From an uncultured Gemmatimonadaceae bacterium (lineage in GTDB: Bacteria > Gemmatimonadota > Gemmatimonadetes > Gemmatimonadales > Gemmatimonadaceae), in contig CAWHHI010000006.1 in the NCBI GenBank assembly GCA_963829055.1, positions 559,331 to 623,330 on the forward strand: a stretch of DNA of 64,000 nt, read 5' to 3'. This document shows, one piece after another, positions 1 through 9,736 of this stretch. A program made the position numbers and the translations under genes. The notes beneath the pieces were generated by a model. It had not been told where the DNA came from. It saw only the letters and a program-made list of their open reading frames with translations, and did no database searches. Position 1 is the first letter of the stretch, and each line of letters opens with the position of its first letter.

Positions 1-80
1 GGTTCGTGGTGGTCAAGGCACAGGACGGTGTGCGTTGGTGACGTCTCGCCTCGAGCACCCAACCACAGGCGCAGCCGCGG

Positions 81-446
81 ATGCGCGCCGTCCGCGGCGC
101 TGTAACGGTGGACGCCGACACGCCGGCCGCGATTGACGCCGCCGTGCGTGAGCTGCTCGAACAGCTCACGGACGCCAATGCGATCGACTCGCGGGACATC
201 GTGAGCGCCATCTTCTCCGCGACGCCCGACCTCCGCAGTCGCAACCCGGCCACGTCGGCTCGCACGTTAGGCTGGACGGACGTGCCGCTGATGGGAGTGG
301 CCGAGTTCGAGACTGACGGTATGCTCGCGCGGTGCGTGCGCGTGATGCTGCACGTGAGCGTCGCCGACGGGCGGCGGCTGCAGGCCGTATATCTCGGCGG
401 TGCTGCGTGCCTTCGTCCGGATCTGGCGTCGTTCGCAGAGGCCTGA
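81..446 (+). CDS. aroH: Chorismate mutase, AroH type
   Basis: 121 aa with RAVRGAVTV, SAIFSATPDL...PATSAR...VPLM and CVRVMLH...VYLGGAACLRPDL, the AroH signature. Confidence 0.9.
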   Translation: MRAVRGAVTVDADTPAAIDAAVRELLEQLTDANAIDSRDIVSAIFSATPDLRSRNPATSARTLGWTDVPLMGVAEFETDGMLARCVRVMLHVSVADGRRLQAVYLGGAACLRPDLASFAEA

Positions 447-484
447 GGAAGGAGGCCATAGGAAGGAGGTTGTCATCCTGAGCG
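443..484 (+). repeat. Stop-anchored GGAAGGAGGCC repeat followed by a left end (TTGTCATCCTGAGCG) of the palindromic element family
   Basis: CTGAGGAAGGAGGCCATAGGAAGGAGG; near-identical copies at 19448-19508 and 29299-29324 on the minus strand. Confidence 0.7.
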
Positions 485-762
485 CCGGAAGCGACAGCGA
501 GGGACCTTCTCGAACGTTCTTGTGGCCGGGCTGGCTACAATGACGTTGACGGAATCGGGCCTCTCAGACGAAGGGTGCTACGGATGCCGCGTCAGCGACG
601 GATAGCCTCCGAGCCGGGACGAGGCACTGTCACGGGCTGTGAAGGGGAACCGCGTCGGATGCATTGTCATCCGCTGTCGCGACGCTTCTCGGACAGCGGA
701 GTCAATCCGCTCGATCCGACAGATCCGTTCTCTCCGTCAGTCCTGAGCCGTCCGACGGCGTC

Positions 763-2065
763 CTATGGACGCAGGTCGATGACCCGCACTGCAGTCCGCG
801 TTGGCGGTCGCGTTTGTGGAGCGAGCCGGCCGCTACGATCGTCGAGGCGCCCGTACTGGCTGTTCGCAATGTAGTAGAAGCGAGTTCCGACGAGGACTCC
901 CGTCGTCGGCTGCTGCACGACCGGTAGCCCGCGTTCGATCACCGCGCCCGACGTGATCCGGCTCCCGTCGGCAGACACACCGTACCTGACGACGCGCGCG
1001 AGCGTCGGGATTCCCTGGACGGCGATGAGGCCGTCGCCGTACCAGTACAACCCATCGACGGACGCGGTGCTCACCGAGTCGGGCGACGGCACAAGCGTGA
1101 GACTCTCGCGTCGTCAGGTCCAGCCGCGCGATGCCTTCGAGGAACGCCACGTAGAGCGCGCGTTCGTCGGGGTGCACCGTGATGCCGTTCGCACTCGTAT
1201 ACCGATCGAGCGGAGGCTGCACGAACAGCTCGAGCGTGTCGTCAGGAGAGCGCAGGCGGTAGATCGAGCCCTTTTCGGTGTCCGTGAGATAGAGACTTCC
1301 GTCGCGCATGACAACGAAGTCGTTCAGCAGGTGCCCGGGCCTGCCACCGTCCGGCGTCCACGACTTGATGATCCTGCCTGTCGCGAGCTCGGCGAGAAAC
1401 AGGCGCGTTATGCTCGGCGGCTCGGTGGAATCGCGATGCGTCGAGTCCGGCGCCCACGTCGCGAACCATAGGCGCCCGCGCGCGGCGTCGATGTGAATAC
1501 CGACGACGCGGAGCATGTTCGGCGCGTGAGCGATGTACGGCGTGACGGCGCCGTTAGGCGCGACGGCTGAAACGACACGCCTGGCGAGACTCCCGACGAG
1601 AAATCGGCCGCGCGTGCTGTCGAACGCGAGCGCCTCCGGGACGAAGTCAGGGTCCGCGATCTCGAACGCGACTTTCCCGTCGAGAATCGGCAGCCGGTTG
1701 GAGAGCAGCCGATTCCGCGCGCTCGCGTAGCCAGGACGCGCTCGCAACGGGGCGAACACGGAGTCCGCGTTAGGGTCGCGCGTGTCGCCCATGCGCCCGA
1801 GTCGCGCGAGCGCGGCGATAGCGGAATCTGGGGCGCCGGAGCGTGCGAAGGCGCGCGCCTGGGCGTAGACGACGCCCGGATGACTCGGCGCACGCGCCGC
1901 GACTTCCCGCACGTGCGCCGCGTACCCGGCGAAGTCGCCAGCCGCGGCTGCACGTTCTGCGAGCTGCGAGTGGCAGAAGACATCACACGCTGGCTGCTGT
2001 GCGCTGCCAGTCGCGGAAGCGAACGCGAGCGACGTGCAAGCAAGAAGCAGCCGCCGCGCCATCAC
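763..2065 (-). CDS. Secreted SMP-30/gluconolactonase-like beta-propeller protein with N-terminal TPR-like region (frameshift near 1100)
   Basis: Signal peptide; propeller motifs PEALAFD, LLNDFVV, ANGITV, VDGLYW, QQPTTG; ORFs 833-2065 and 763-1092 join. Confidence 0.7.
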
Positions 2066-2529
2066 GTCAGGTCGGCGTTCCCGTCGATGAACTTCGAGGT
2101 TGAAGCGGAACGCCGTGATGCGCCACGTTCGTTGGGTGAGCTCACGAGCGTGAAGTCGTACGTTCCGACGAACGTCCTCGTGTTCCGCCCTGACGGGGTA
2201 CGACGGTAGTGCATTGCGATACCGTAACAGGACGCGTCCGCCTCACGGCCACGTACGGTGATCTGAAAGTTTCCCGCCTGATGATGCAGGAACTCGATCG
2301 GGGCGAGGCCCTCCTTCCAGCCGGCAATGATCTGCTCGGCTGACACCGTCGCGGGCTCGCCGCCCGCGACCAATGTCATGTCGAAGTCCACGGTGTCCGT
2401 CAGACAGGTGCGTATGCCGTCCCAGTCGCGAGTATCCGTATACTCGAACAACCGGACGATGCAGTCGGTGATCTGCTGCCGGGCGACGAGATCGGCGAGG
2501 CCGCTCGGTACGCGCTGCACGTCGATCAT
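2062..2529 (-). CDS. NTF2/SnoaL-like family protein
   Basis: LFEYTDTRDWD...FDMT...LHHQAGNFQITV..EADASCY...FVGTYDF. Confidence 0.75.
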   Translation of the reverse strand: MIDVQRVPSGLADLVARQQITDCIVRLFEYTDTRDWDGIRTCLTDTVDFDMTLVAGGEPATVSAEQIIAGWKEGLAPIEFLHHQAGNFQITVRGREADASCYGIAMHYRRTPSGRNTRTFVGTYDFTLVSSPNERGASRRSASTSKFIDGNADLT

Positions 2530-2533
2530 CGCG

Positions 2534-2650
2534 TCAGACCGAAGCCAGGGCTTCGTGCTCGACGCGGGTGCCGAGTGCCGCCTGGAACGGGACCATGACT
2601 TCGTAATCCTCGACGAAGTCGCCGACGAGCATCAGAATCTTCTTCGACAT
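2534..2650 (-). pseudogene. DJ-1/PfpI family gene with a large internal deletion (38 aa remain)
   Basis: MSKKILMLVGDFVEDYEVMVPFQA (PfpI N-terminus) joined directly to a C-terminal-like tail ALGTRVEHEALASV; GGAGG RBS upstream. Confidence 0.7.
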
Positions 2651-2733
2651 CCGATACCTCCGCGAAACGGGGCTGCTGAGTTGAGTGACGCACCTGGATT
2701 TGCCGTGACGATCGCGCGGAGACAAGTCCTCCG

Positions 2734-2886
2734 TGTCATTCCGAGCAGGTTGTCATTCCGAGCGAGCGGCAGCGAGTCGAGGAATCGCGATTGTCCTCAT
2801 AGAGGGGCCGCTCTGCCCGTATGATCGCGATTCCTCATGCGCCCAGAGGGCACCCGCGGCCTGCGGCCTCCGCTCGGAATGACAAC
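2734..2886. repeat. Palindromic REP/MITE-like element, copy 1
   Basis: 16-bp terminal inverted repeat GTTGTCATTCCGAGCG (2749) / CGCTCGGAATGACAAC (2871-2886); internal hairpin GAGGAATCGCGAT...ATCGCGATTCCTC; extra left end at 2734; homologous copy at 27056. Confidence 0.85.
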
Positions 2887-2887
2887 G

Positions 2888-4131
2888 CTATCTTCGACGA
2901 GCAGTTATCAGAACCTGAATCTCGTCAGGGCGTGGATTGAGGAAGTCCAGCCGTATCCGCCCATCCGGCAACGTGCTGACCGTCGTGGTGAATCGAGCTG
3001 TTCGTCAGCACCCAGCCCGCCGGCAGCACGACGGCATTCGCCGGACGACCGAAGCCGCGATCCCACACGAGCTCGTCGCCCGACAGCTTGTAGCGTGCCG
3101 TGTCCGTGTACGTCTCGAACATTCGAAGCGAATCGACTCGCCCGCCTTCACCGCCGGGAAGCGAAACACCACGACTTCGGTCGTCGGCGTGACATTCTCG
3201 CACGTCGAGCTTCGCCTTCGTGATCGCGTCGCCGACCAGCACCTCATGTGGGAGCATCTCACCCGTGTCGAGGTTTCGCGCCGACGGCTTCGACACCGTG
3301 CTGCCCGCGCGCACGACATTGAGATACGTGCTCACGCCGGGCCGCGTCTCCGTGTAGTCGTGATACAGATCGAACGCGTGCGTCTCCGGCTGCTGCAGGA
3401 AGTACACGATCTCGCGGTTCTGATACGCGCGTTCGACCAGTCGTGCGGCATCAACACTCGACTTCGCGGGGCCGAGCTTCGGCGCCTTTCGCGCGCGGAG
3501 CACCAGCGGTGCTTCGGCCGGCGTGACGTTCCAGAACGTGACCTTGATCCGGCCGTCCGCTTCCTGAAGGATCTGCGACGGATAGTTGCAGGCCACGAGC
3601 TCGTAGCCGTTAGGCAGCACGACCGCGTTGCGCTTGATGCCGAGCGGTCGGTTGAAGACGATGTCGCTGCCGTCGAGGAAGTAGCTCTTCGCGTCCTCGT
3701 ACGTCTTGTCGATCAGGACGCGGGCCTCGCCGCCGTCGGCGGGAACCGGGCGCGCGAGCGCGACGCGGATGTAGTCCTGCGTCGAGTCGGCGCCGCGAAC
3801 GCCGCCGGCGCGTGCGACAGTGCCATTCACCACATCGAATCGGAGGGGCGCTCCGGTCGCACGATCGGTCACGCGCTCGTCGCTCGCGACGCTTCCTCGG
3901 CGAATGGGATTGAAGTAGTAGCGGGCGCCCGCCGTCGTCGCGGAGACCTCGTAGATGATCCGGAACTTGGCCGACCCTGGCGCCAGCAGCTCGTATCGGG
4001 TGTAGGCGTCGGCCTCGGTCTGCCTGGGCGGCTCGGCCGCAGTGCCTGGTGGCGCCGGTGTCTGCGCGCCGAGAGACCCGGATGCGATGATCAGAGCGAC
4101 AAGCGAAGCGCGCAGTGCGCAGTCGAGGCAT
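2888..4131 (-). CDS. Secreted hypothetical protein with an internal two-fold domain duplication (several frameshifts)
   Basis: NAVVLPNGYELV...DGRIKVTFWN matches NAVVLPAGWVLT...DGRIRLDFLN; the corrected frame ends ITARRR* at 2888. Confidence 0.65.
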
Positions 4132-4136
4132 GAGAG

Positions 4137-4682
4137 TCAGGGGCCGAGCGCTCCGGTGCAGCGCTGGAGGCACTTCACGGTGAAGAGGCCGGGGTCCGTC
4201 GTGAACCCGATGCCGCTGAGCTTCCGCGTGCCCGACATCGCGACGAAGGGGCTGTCGCTCGTCAGACGATTCGTGGACACGTCGTAGCGGACGGCGACGC
4301 CGTCGATACGACGGCGCGTCGTGTCTGACGTGATCGCCACGCGGCCATGTGCGTCGACCACCGCGCGGTTCACATGATAGGTGCCGCTCGGCGCGGTAAG
4401 ACTGCTCAGCGGCCTGCCTAACGTCGTCGTGAACTGCGCGCGGAAGCCACGGAACTCGAAGCGCGTCAAGGCGTCGAACGACATGACCGTGTCGCCGCCG
4501 ATCTCGCCGCGACGCAGGCCGTTCGAGGCGAGCACCGAGCGCGCACCGAACATCACCTGTTCGGCGGAGTCGCGCGCCGTGCCGGTGTTCGGAGCGGCCG
4601 AGCGCTGTGGCGAGTTGCACGCCCAGGCCAGGAAAACAACGCTGATTCCGAGGACGAGCCTCGTAACGCGCACGATGCTCAT
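4137..4682 (-). CDS. LptC-like lipoprotein (LPS export periplasmic protein-like)
   Basis: Lipobox-like AWAC; beta-jellyroll-like sequence ending RYDVSTNRLTSDSPF...LSGIGFTTDPGL. Confidence 0.55.
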   Translation of the reverse strand: MSIVRVTRLVLGISVVFLAWACNSPQRSAAPNTGTARDSAEQVMFGARSVLASNGLRRGEIGGDTVMSFDALTRFEFRGFRAQFTTTLGRPLSSLTAPSGTYHVNRAVVDAHGRVAITSDTTRRRIDGVAVRYDVSTNRLTSDSPFVAMSGTRKLSGIGFTTDPGLFTVKCLQRCTGALGP

Positions 4683-5207
4683 CGGTTCGACCCGCGGTTA
4701 CGACAGCGTTCCACCCTGGATCCTCGCGAACGGCGGGTCAATGTCCGGATATGTGAACTGCGCGACAGGATGGACAAGATGGGCAGGATGGGCGCGCCTG
4801 GATAGCGGGCGTGGGTGAGTCAAGATCGGGATCGACGTGGGACGTGCCGAGCGGTCCGACTGGGCGTGCGCGCGATTGCGGCCAGCGTCGGCGAGCTCCG
4901 TCACACGGCAGCGTCTGCTTCAAGCTTCTGGACGACGCGACGTTCTTCGCGGCGAGCTCGCTCGTCGACGACGTGGGTCGTCGCTGCACCGCGGTCGTTC
5001 AACATCGGCTTCCTGCGTCCGATGCTGCGTGCCGGGCACGGTGACCGCTCGCGGCACGTCGCATGCCGGCCACTCGCTGTCTGCTACCGACAGCGGCCGC
5101 GTGCTACGTGGAGCTGCATGTCGCACGCAGCCCATGCTGCATGTCGAGCCGAGCGGGTGGCAGCGCGCAGCGAGCCGCCTGGCGATACGCAAGCAGCAAG
5201 CTGCAGT

Positions 5208-5858
5208 TCAAGCAGCATGCTGCAGTTGATCCATGGTCTCCTGCACAATCTCGATCTCGTCGCCGCTGACGGTGTGTCCCATGCCCGGGTAGAGCTTTCG
5301 CGTCACCGCTGCACCGAGGCGGCGGAAGACCGTCTCGCTCTCGAGCACGCGCTCGCCGGGATGTGCGGGTCGACGTCGCTGCAGCCGAGGAACACCGGCG
5401 TGCCGTCGAGCGACGTCGTGACGTCGTCCCACGTCGTTCCTGGCGGGCCGATCAGACCCGCCGCTCAGCGCCATGACGCCGCCGTAGCGTCGCGGGTGGC
5501 GGATCGAGAATTCGGACGTTAGGCATGCGCCCTGGGAAAACCCGAGCAGCATGATCTGCTGCGGCGGGAATCCCGCGCTCGATGAGATCGCTCACGAGCG
5601 ACTCGATCACGAACAGGCCCGACGAGATGCCCGGCTCGTTCTGCTCGCGTGGCGCCATGAAGCTGAGCGGATACCACGTCCCGCCAGCGGCTGCCGGCGC
5701 CAGGTACACGAAGTCGGGCCGATCGAGGACCGCCGAACGAGCTCGAGGATGTTCGCCGGGGCCGGCGTTCCGGCCGTGAATCATGATCATGGCGGCACGT
5801 GCGGTCGTCGAGCGGCGGCGCCGGCGCGCAGGATCGGCTGACCGGCGTGTGGCTGCAT
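5208..5858 (-). CDS. Phospholipase/carboxylesterase, alpha/beta hydrolase (frameshifted)
   Basis: IMIHGRNA, GTWYPLSFMAP, nucleophile motif GFSQGAC, YPGMGHTV. Confidence 0.85.
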
Positions 5859-5876
5859 TGGTCGAGAATCTGCCGG

Positions 5877-6824
5877 TCAGTAGCGAACGTTAGGCAGCTG
5901 CGCTTCGATCTCGGTCCGGTGCGGCTCTTCCCACGGCGGCAGCTTGAGCGCCGCGTCCGAGCTCGGCCACCGGCTCGTCGACCGGGAAGCCGGGCCGCAT
6001 CGTCGCGATCTCGAACAACACGCCGCCCGGCTCGCGGAAGTAGATCGACTTGAAAGTACTGCCGGTCGCGCACGGCGGTGACCTGCGCGCGCCCGACCAG
6101 CTCCTCGCGCAGTCTTCAGCTGCTCGTCCTCGCTGCCGATGGCCATCGCGACGTGGTGCACGGTGCCGAGCCCGTTCTTCGCCCACGCCGCATCGCCGGC
6201 ATGGACAATGTCCATCACCTTGCCTGGGCCGTCGCCGTTGACGGCGACGCGAATGCGGCCCTCCATCTCGTTCACGACCTCGAAGCCGAGCATGTCGCGC
6301 ATGAACTCCACGGTCCGGCGCGGCTCGCGGACCTCGAGCGACACGCTGTGGAGGCCCGCGCACGGCAGACGTCGCGTCTACACCGCCGGCGGTCCACGGG
6401 GACACGCGTATCCTGCGTCGTTCGCCACGAGCTCGATGACGAGGCCCGATGGGTCGGTGATGACGATCGACTCTTCGCCGAATCGCGGCGGGCGCGTCGG
6501 TCACCGTGTAGCCGCGCTCGCGAAGGCGCGTCTTCCAGGCGTCGAGTGAACCGGCGGGAACGGAGAACGACGTGACGGTGATCTGTCCCGCGCCCTTGAT
6601 GCCCGAGCGGCACGCCTCGGCCCTTGTAGGGAAAGGTCGTCCAGATCGTTCCGGGATGGCCGACCTCGTCGCCGTAGTAGAAGTGGTAGACGAAGTGGTT
6701 GTCGAAGTTGACCGTCTTCTTCACGAGACGCATGCCGAGCGCGTCGACGCTGAAGTCGAGGTCGTCCTGGGCGTCCGTCGACCGTCGCCGTGACGTGATG
6801 CAGCCCGAGGATCGGAGAGCTCAT
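5877..6824 (-). CDS. Ring-cleaving dioxygenase, VOC family, MhqO-like (frameshifted)
   Basis: [62 protein letters not shown]. Confidence 0.9.
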
Positions 6825-6944
6825 GGGGTGATGTAAAGCCTCAGCGGCGCGTCCAGCAAGGTTCCCGCTGACACCGCAAGTAACATTGCGTGGTATGTTC
6901 GACCACGGCATTTCAGTCGACACCGCCTCTGCACGGGAACTCAT

Positions 6945-7475
6945 ATGACGACGTGCTGACTCGGCCCGACCGAACGGAAGCTGCCGAGTACTACTACACG
7001 TACATCGATCAGGTGCCGCCGGATGCCGACATGCTCCGCATGCTCGAAGACGCAGCTTCCCGAGACGGTGAGCTGCTCGAGGGGATCTCGGACGAACAAG
7101 TCGCTGCACCGGTACGCACCGGACAAGTGGAGCATTCGCGAGGTGGTGAGCCACATCAACGATACAGAGCGAGTGTTCGTGTTCCGCGCCTGTGGTTCGC
7201 CCGCGGCCTCGAGCCGGCGATTGCCGAGCTTCGATCAGGACGTCGCGACTGGCGGCGCGTACGCGGACGAGCGACCCTGGCGTCAACACATCGATGAGTT
7301 CCGCGCGGTTCGCGCGGCGTCGCTGCGCGTTCTTCAAGCATCTGCCCGACGACGCGTGGACGCGTCGTGGCGATTGCGAGCGGCAATCCGTTCACGGTGC
7401 GCGCGCTCGCGTACATCACGGCCGGGCACGTCAGCGCACCACATGCGGATCCTGCTCAGGGAGCGGTATCTGTAC
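6945..7475 (+). CDS. DinB family protein (frameshifted)
   Basis: YYYTYIDQV, RYAPDKWSIREVVSHINDTERVF, LPSFDQD, GH..HH..ILRERYL pieced across frames. Confidence 0.8.
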
Positions 7476-7494
7476 GCGCGCGCCGTCGCCCGCC

Positions 7495-9039
7495 GTGATA
7501 CGGCCGATCGACCACCTGTATCGCGGCGCGCGACCGCGTCGCCTAACGCGGTCGCGATCGCCGGGCCGGGTGAGCCGCTCACGTACGCCGAGTCTGGTAG
7601 CGTCGGTCGAGGCGCTCGCGGCCGCGCTCCAGTCGATCGATCCGATGGATCGGGAGCCGCGTCGGCATCTGCGCCCGGAACACGGTCGAGCACCTGTTCG
7701 CGTTGCTCGCGACGTACGCGGCCGGCAAGGTGTGGGTGCCGCTCAACCCGACGAACAGCGCGCGCCGACCTCGATCGAATGATCGCCGCGACGCGTCCGA
7801 CGCTGATCATCGCCGACGAATCGAGCGCTCGATCGCTTCACGCCGACCGACGCGCCAGTCGATCCTGGCGAAGACGAGCGTTCGCCGGGCGAGGAGTCGA
7901 CCGAGCGTTCGGCGGACTCATCGCCGACTGGCACGGCCGACGACCGACCGTGGTCGATCGCGCGGACGACGGCGACGCGCAGATCATCAAGTTCAGCGGC
8001 GGAAGCACCGGCGCGCCGAAGCCGGTCGTGCAGTCGGTCCGCTGCGTGAACGCGCAGGTCGACGGAATCCTCGGCGTGCTTCGAGCTCGACGCGGGCGAC
8101 GTCAATCTCATCGCCGCGCCGCTCACGCACGGGGCGTCGTGCTTCGTGCTGCCGATCCTCGCCGTGGGTGGACCGGCACGTGCTGGTCGAGGATCCGAAG
8201 CCGCCTCGCGTGCTCGACGCTATCGAGTCGCACGGCGTGACGACAATGTACGCGCCGCCGACGCTCATCTACGGTATGCTCGACGACGCCTCCGTCCACG
8301 GGCGGAACTACACGCAGCCTGCGTCACGTGATCTACTCGGCCGCGCCCATGCGACCGGAGCAGATCCGCGAGGCGCAGCGCGTGTTCGGGCCGGTGATCG
8401 AGACGGCCTACGGTCAGGTGGAAGCGCCGCAGATCGTGACGGCCATGCGCGCGACGGAGCTCGCGCGCGACGAGAATCTGGCGTCGATCGGGCGGCCGTC
8501 CCCGGTGGCGGAGGTGGCGATCATGAGCACCGACGGGCGAGCTGCTGCCTAACGGCGAGATCGGGCGAGATCGTGGTGCGTGGCCCACTCGTCATGAACG
8601 GCTATCTCGATCGGCCCGACATGACGGCCGAGACGATCGTGGACGGCTGGCTGCATACCGGCGACCTCGGGCTGATCGACGATCGCGGCTACGTGTTCAT
8701 TCGCGGCCGACTGCGCGAGGTGATCAACAGCGGTGGGTTCAAGGTCTTTCCGGGCGACGTCGAGGCTGCGCTCGCGAAGCATCCCGCGGTCGCCGAGTGC
8801 AGCGTGTTCGGCGTGCGCTGACGAGAAGTGGGGCGAGGCGGTGCACGCCGCCGTGCAGGCTGGTGCCCGGCGTGCGGTGAGCGCTGCGGAGCTGATCGCG
8901 TTCGTGAAGGCGGAGCTCGGGTCGGTGAAGGCGCCGAAGGCGATTCACTTCGTGACGCGAGCTTCCGAGGAATGCGGCGGGGAAGGTGAGTCGCGCTGCG
9001 GTACGTCGGCTGATCGAGGACGCACGCCCTAGCGCCTGA
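7495..9039 (+). CDS. AMP-binding acyl-CoA synthetase (frameshifted)
   Basis: KFSGGSTGAPK P-loop, YGQVE, DGWLHTGDLG..D..GY..IRGR, FKVFPGDVE, DEKWGEAV. Confidence 0.85.
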
Positions 9040-9344
9040 CTAGCTGCGGCACTGCAGGCTGCGCGCTGGGAACGATCTGCCGACGGCTGCATGCTGCGGC
9101 CGCACGCTGCCCGCTGCTGCTATTAGCGCCCGGCGACCTCCGCGCTGCCGCTCGCTGACGGTCTGCCTCGAACTCGCCAGTCACGCAGCGACTGACGCAG
9201 CGATGGCGGCTCGTAGCCGTTCGCCAGGCGGGACTGAAACCTGATGACCGACGACCGAGAACTCACGACGTGCTACCGGTGAGACCGGTCGCGATGCCGG
9301 CCTCTAAACCAGCCTCGAACCTTTTCGCCAATTCGCCTGTCTCA

Positions 9345-9363
9345 CCTTCAGACAATCTGAAGG
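9345..9363. promoter_or_regulatory. Palindromic operator candidate for PadR, overlapping the RBS
   Basis: Perfect 8-3-8 inverted repeat CCTTCAGA-CAA-TCTGAAGG just upstream of the padR-like start. Confidence 0.6.
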
Positions 9364-9375
9364 AGAGCCGGAACG

Positions 9376-9736
9376 ATGGCCGAACGAGCCGGGCGAACTG
9401 CTGCAGGGCACCCTCGAGATGATGGTGCTCAAGACGCTGTCCCTCGAGCCGATGCACGGGTGGGGGATCGCGCAGCGCATCCAGCAGATGTCCAAGGACG
9501 TCTTCCTCGTGACGCAGGGGTCGCTCTACCCCGCGCTCATCCGCATGAAGCGCCGCGGATGGCTCACGACGTCGTGGCGCGTCACCGAGAACAGCCGGCG
9601 CGCGCGGTACTACGAGCTCACCGCCGCGGGACGGCGACAGCTTGGCGTCGAGCAGGCGTCGTGGCAGCGCGCGTCCGCCGCCGTCGACTGGGTCATGAAC
9701 GCCCGTTGGGCTACCGATGGAGGAGGAAGCGCATGA
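9376..9736 (+). CDS. PadR family transcriptional regulator (5' frameshift)
   Basis: LLQGTLEMMVLKTL..EPMHGWGIAQRIQQ...QGSLYPAL...ENSRRARYYELT. Confidence 0.9.

Noticed and set aside
4800..5200. Possible small gene or degenerate GCTGC/GCAGC repeat tract (similar tract at 9040-9240)
   Set aside because: No frame gives a recognisable protein and the sequence appears noisy; cannot be supported.
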